A DNA stretch of 64,000 nt from the NCBI GenBank assembly GCA_965218795.1, contig OZ244653.1, forward strand, positions 4,800,001 through 4,864,000, in the 5' to 3' direction. This DNA is from a bacterium (GTDB taxonomy: Bacteria > UBA8248 > JACPRG01 > G963555815). The notes below the pieces were generated by a model that was not told the origin of the DNA, did no database searches, and was given only the letters and a program-made list of their open reading frames with translations. Positions 61,692-64,000 of this stretch are shown one piece after another. Positions within the stretch are counted from its first letter, which is position 1. Each line of letters starts with the position of its first letter. The position numbers and the translations under genes are program-made.

Positions 61692-62416
61692 GCTTGATCG
61701 AGATACAAGAGATCAGCAAGTCTTTCGGCGGTCTCCACGCGCTGAGGGCGGTTTCTGTCGCCGTCGAACCTCATGAAACCGTCGGGGTCATGGGCGCGAA
61801 CGGCGCCGGGAAGACGACCCTTTTCGGATTGATTGCCGGCCACCAGCGCCCGAGCGGCGGGGATATCCTCTTCGAGGGGCGTCGGCTGAACGGCTTGCGG
61901 CCGGATCAGATCTGTCGCCTTGGAATCGCCCGCACGTTTCAGATCGTCCGGCCGTTTCGCGGCCTGACCGTACTCGACAATGTGGCCACCGCAGCCTTGT
62001 TCGGCTCCATCACCGCTTCGACTCAGGCGGCAGCGGGCGCGAGGGCGCGGGAAGTCCTGGCCGACGTCGGGTTGGGCGACCGGGCGGACGATGCGGCCGG
62101 AGCACTCACCTTGTCTGGACAGAAGCGGCTGGAGGTGGCCAAAGCGGTCGCGACCGGCCCGAAGCTCTTGATGCTCGACGAGGTGATGGGGGGTCTGACA
62201 CCGTCCGAAGTCGGGGCGATGCTGGAGACGATCCGCGCGCTCAAAGCCAAGCACGGGCTGACGTTGTTGGTGATCGAGCACATGATGCGGGCCCTGATGG
62301 AACTGTCGGACCGAATCGTCGTACTGCACCATGGAGAGCTGATCGCGGAAGGTCAGCCGAAGCATATCGCTGACAATCCGCGTGTGCTGGAAGCCTACGT
62401 GGGGAAGACGCCATGA
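61688..62416 (+). CDS. LivG-like ABC ATPase
   Basis: KSFGGL, GANGAGKTT, ARTFQ, MLDE, IEH. Confidence 0.93.
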   Translation: MSLIEIQEISKSFGGLHALRAVSVAVEPHETVGVMGANGAGKTTLFGLIAGHQRPSGGDILFEGRRLNGLRPDQICRLGIARTFQIVRPFRGLTVLDNVATAALFGSITASTQAAAGARAREVLADVGLGDRADDAAGALTLSGQKRLEVAKAVATGPKLLMLDEVMGGLTPSEVGAMLETIRALKAKHGLTLLVIEHMMRALMELSDRIVVLHHGELIAEGQPKHIADNPRVLEAYVGKTP

Positions 62417-63129
62417 CCGGCGGGAGCCTGGATATCCAGGGATTGGTGAGCGGGTACGGGAAAGTCAGGACGGTGCACGGAATTGATGTGAGCGTCCTCG
62501 CGGGCCGGGTCACCGCGCTGGTCGGCAGCAACGGTGCCGGCAAGAGCACGACGATGCGCGCCGTTGTCGGTCTGTTGCCGGTCCAGGCCGGTGCGATCCA
62601 CTTCGACGGAGAGCCCGTCCACGGGTTGACGTCCGACCAGCGGGTGAATCTCGGTCTGGTGATGGTACCGGAAGGGCGTTTGATCTTCTCACGCATGACG
62701 GTCGAGGAAAACCTGAGGATCGGCGCCTTCGCCCCCCGCGCGCGGGATCGGGTTCGGGAAAACCTCAGCCTCGTCTATGACCTGTTGCCCCGGCTGGCGG
62801 AGCGGCGTCGACAGCTGGGGGGAACCCTCTCCGGCGGAGAACAGCAGATGCTGGCCCTCGGCCGGGGGCTGATGTCAGAACCCCGGCTCCTCCTTTTGGA
62901 TGAGCCGACTCTCGGTCTGGCCCCGGTGATGGCGCAGAAAATATTCGAGACGATTGAGAGCTTGGCGCAATCCGGTTTGACCATCGTCCTTGCGGAGCAG
63001 AACCTCCAGATGACGCTCTCGCTGGCCGCGGCCGGTTACGTCATGGAAAACGGCAGGATCGCGCTCCAGGGCACGGGGCGGGAACTGCTGGAAAATCCGG
63101 ATATCCGTCGGGCTTATCTGGGAGTATAG
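62413..63129 (+). CDS. LivF-like ABC ATPase
   Basis: GSNGAGKST, VPEGR, LSGGEQQMLA, DEPTLGLAP, AYLG. Confidence 0.95.
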   Translation: MTGGSLDIQGLVSGYGKVRTVHGIDVSVLAGRVTALVGSNGAGKSTTMRAVVGLLPVQAGAIHFDGEPVHGLTSDQRVNLGLVMVPEGRLIFSRMTVEENLRIGAFAPRARDRVRENLSLVYDLLPRLAERRRQLGGTLSGGEQQMLALGRGLMSEPRLLLLDEPTLGLAPVMAQKIFETIESLAQSGLTIVLAEQNLQMTLSLAAAGYVMENGRIALQGTGRELLENPDIRRAYLGV

Positions 63130-63177
63130 AAAGTGACGATGGAAATTGATCTCGGAGCTTTCCCGCTGCGCCGCAAG

Positions 63178-64000
63178 TCAGCCCGAAGCGCCTTCTTCCT
63201 CGAGTGCGGCGAGGACCTTCTCCGGGGTCAACGGCAGATCCTTGATGCGAACCCCTACAGCGTCGTAGACGGCATTGGCCACGGCGGGGGCTGTGGCCAC
63301 AAGTCCAGGCTCTCCCACGCCCTTGGCGCCGAAGGGTCCGTTCGGATCGGGGTCTTCTATGATAATAGGGATCATCTCCTCAGGAACGTCATATACGCTG
63401 GGAATTTTGTAATCGATGAATGATGCATTGACCGTCTGCCCGCCTTCGGTCACGAGGTCTTCCATCAAGGCGTAGCCCAGTCCCTGGGCGAATCCTCCTT
63501 CGATCTGCCCTTCGACAACCGTCGGGTTGATGGCCTGACCGACGTCGTGCGCTGCAATCGCTCTGATGACGCGCACGTCACCGGTCTCCGTGTCCACCTC
63601 CACCTCGACAATGTGCACCCCGAATATGAACGCCGTCAACGCGCCAAAGGGAAAGCCGTTCAGGACGGCCCGCTTGGGATCGAAGGCTTGACCTTCGACC
63701 AGGAACGAACCCTTGCCCAGAATCGGGCCCCCGCTCACCCAGTGGCTGATGGCCCCCAGGTCGCGATAAGGCAGAGCCCGCTGCGGGGCGCCTTTGACGC
63801 GGATGGTTCGATCGTGGAGCTCCAGGTCCGCGACATCCGCTTCCAGCGTCTTCGCGGCCAGATCGAGAAGCTGATTCTTTGCGTCTTCGGCGGCCAGCTT
63901 GACGGCGTTGCCGACCGTGAAGGTGGTGCGGCTGCCCGCGGTCCCCCAGTTGAACGGTGAGGTGTCGGAATCGATCGAAGCGTAGTGAATGTCCGACATC
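63178..64000 (-). CDS. Xanthine dehydrogenase / aldehyde oxidoreductase family Mo-binding subunit, C-terminal part (runs off the right edge)
   Basis: GTAGSR, EVEVDTETG, HDVGQAINP, GQIEGG, GPFGAKGVGE, LPLTPEKV. Confidence 0.93.
   Translation of the reverse strand, partial: MSDIHYASIDSDTSPFNWGTAGSRTTFTVGNAVKLAAEDAKNQLLDLAAKTLEADVADLELHDRTIRVKGAPQRALPYRDLGAISHWVSGGPILGKGSFLVEGQAFDPKRAVLNGFPFGALTAFIFGVHIVEVEVDTETGDVRVIRAIAAHDVGQAINPTVVEGQIEGGFAQGLGYALMEDLVTEGGQTVNASFIDYKIPSVYDVPEEMIPIIIEDPDPNGPFGAKGVGEPGLVATAPAVANAVYDAVGVRIKDLPLTPEKVLAALEEEGASG

Overview
Bacterial chromosome segment with moderately high GC. The gene order (tmk-holB-ricT-metG-tatD/rSAM; pheT-zapB-zapA-6S-rny-ymdB; archease-rtcB) resembles Desulfobacterota/Nitrospinota/Tectomicrobia-type genomes, which is an inference only. 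Positions 1-41.2 kb are core housekeeping: gpsA, rtcB plus archease, groESL with a CIRCE operator, hrcA-grpE-dnaJ-prmA-rsmE-purD without dnaK, thrS-infC-rpmI-rplT-pheST, 6S RNA, tig-clpPX-lon and five tRNAs. Positions 41.4-64 kb are accessory: a BMP-type nucleoside ABC transporter with a deleted pseudogene copy, a six-gene operon (PadB-like Mo-bisPGD oxidoreductase, FeS subunit, NrfD anchor, MoaD/ThiS carrier, ComDE-like TPP decarboxylase), a Liv-type ABC transporter and a xanthine-dehydrogenase-family subunit. Two candidate undescribed systems stand out. (1) A Sel1-repeat/trypsin lipoprotein gene with position-specific variable repeats lies between the two halves of an IS481-derived, REP-filled mini-element and is bounded by both 43-bp inverted and 111-bp direct repeats, so it could be an invertible or excisable cassette. 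(2) The PadBCD-like plus ComDE-like operon could encode an alpha-oxidation/decarboxylation route for an unknown substrate. All family assignments come from motif recognition by eye; no searches were run.
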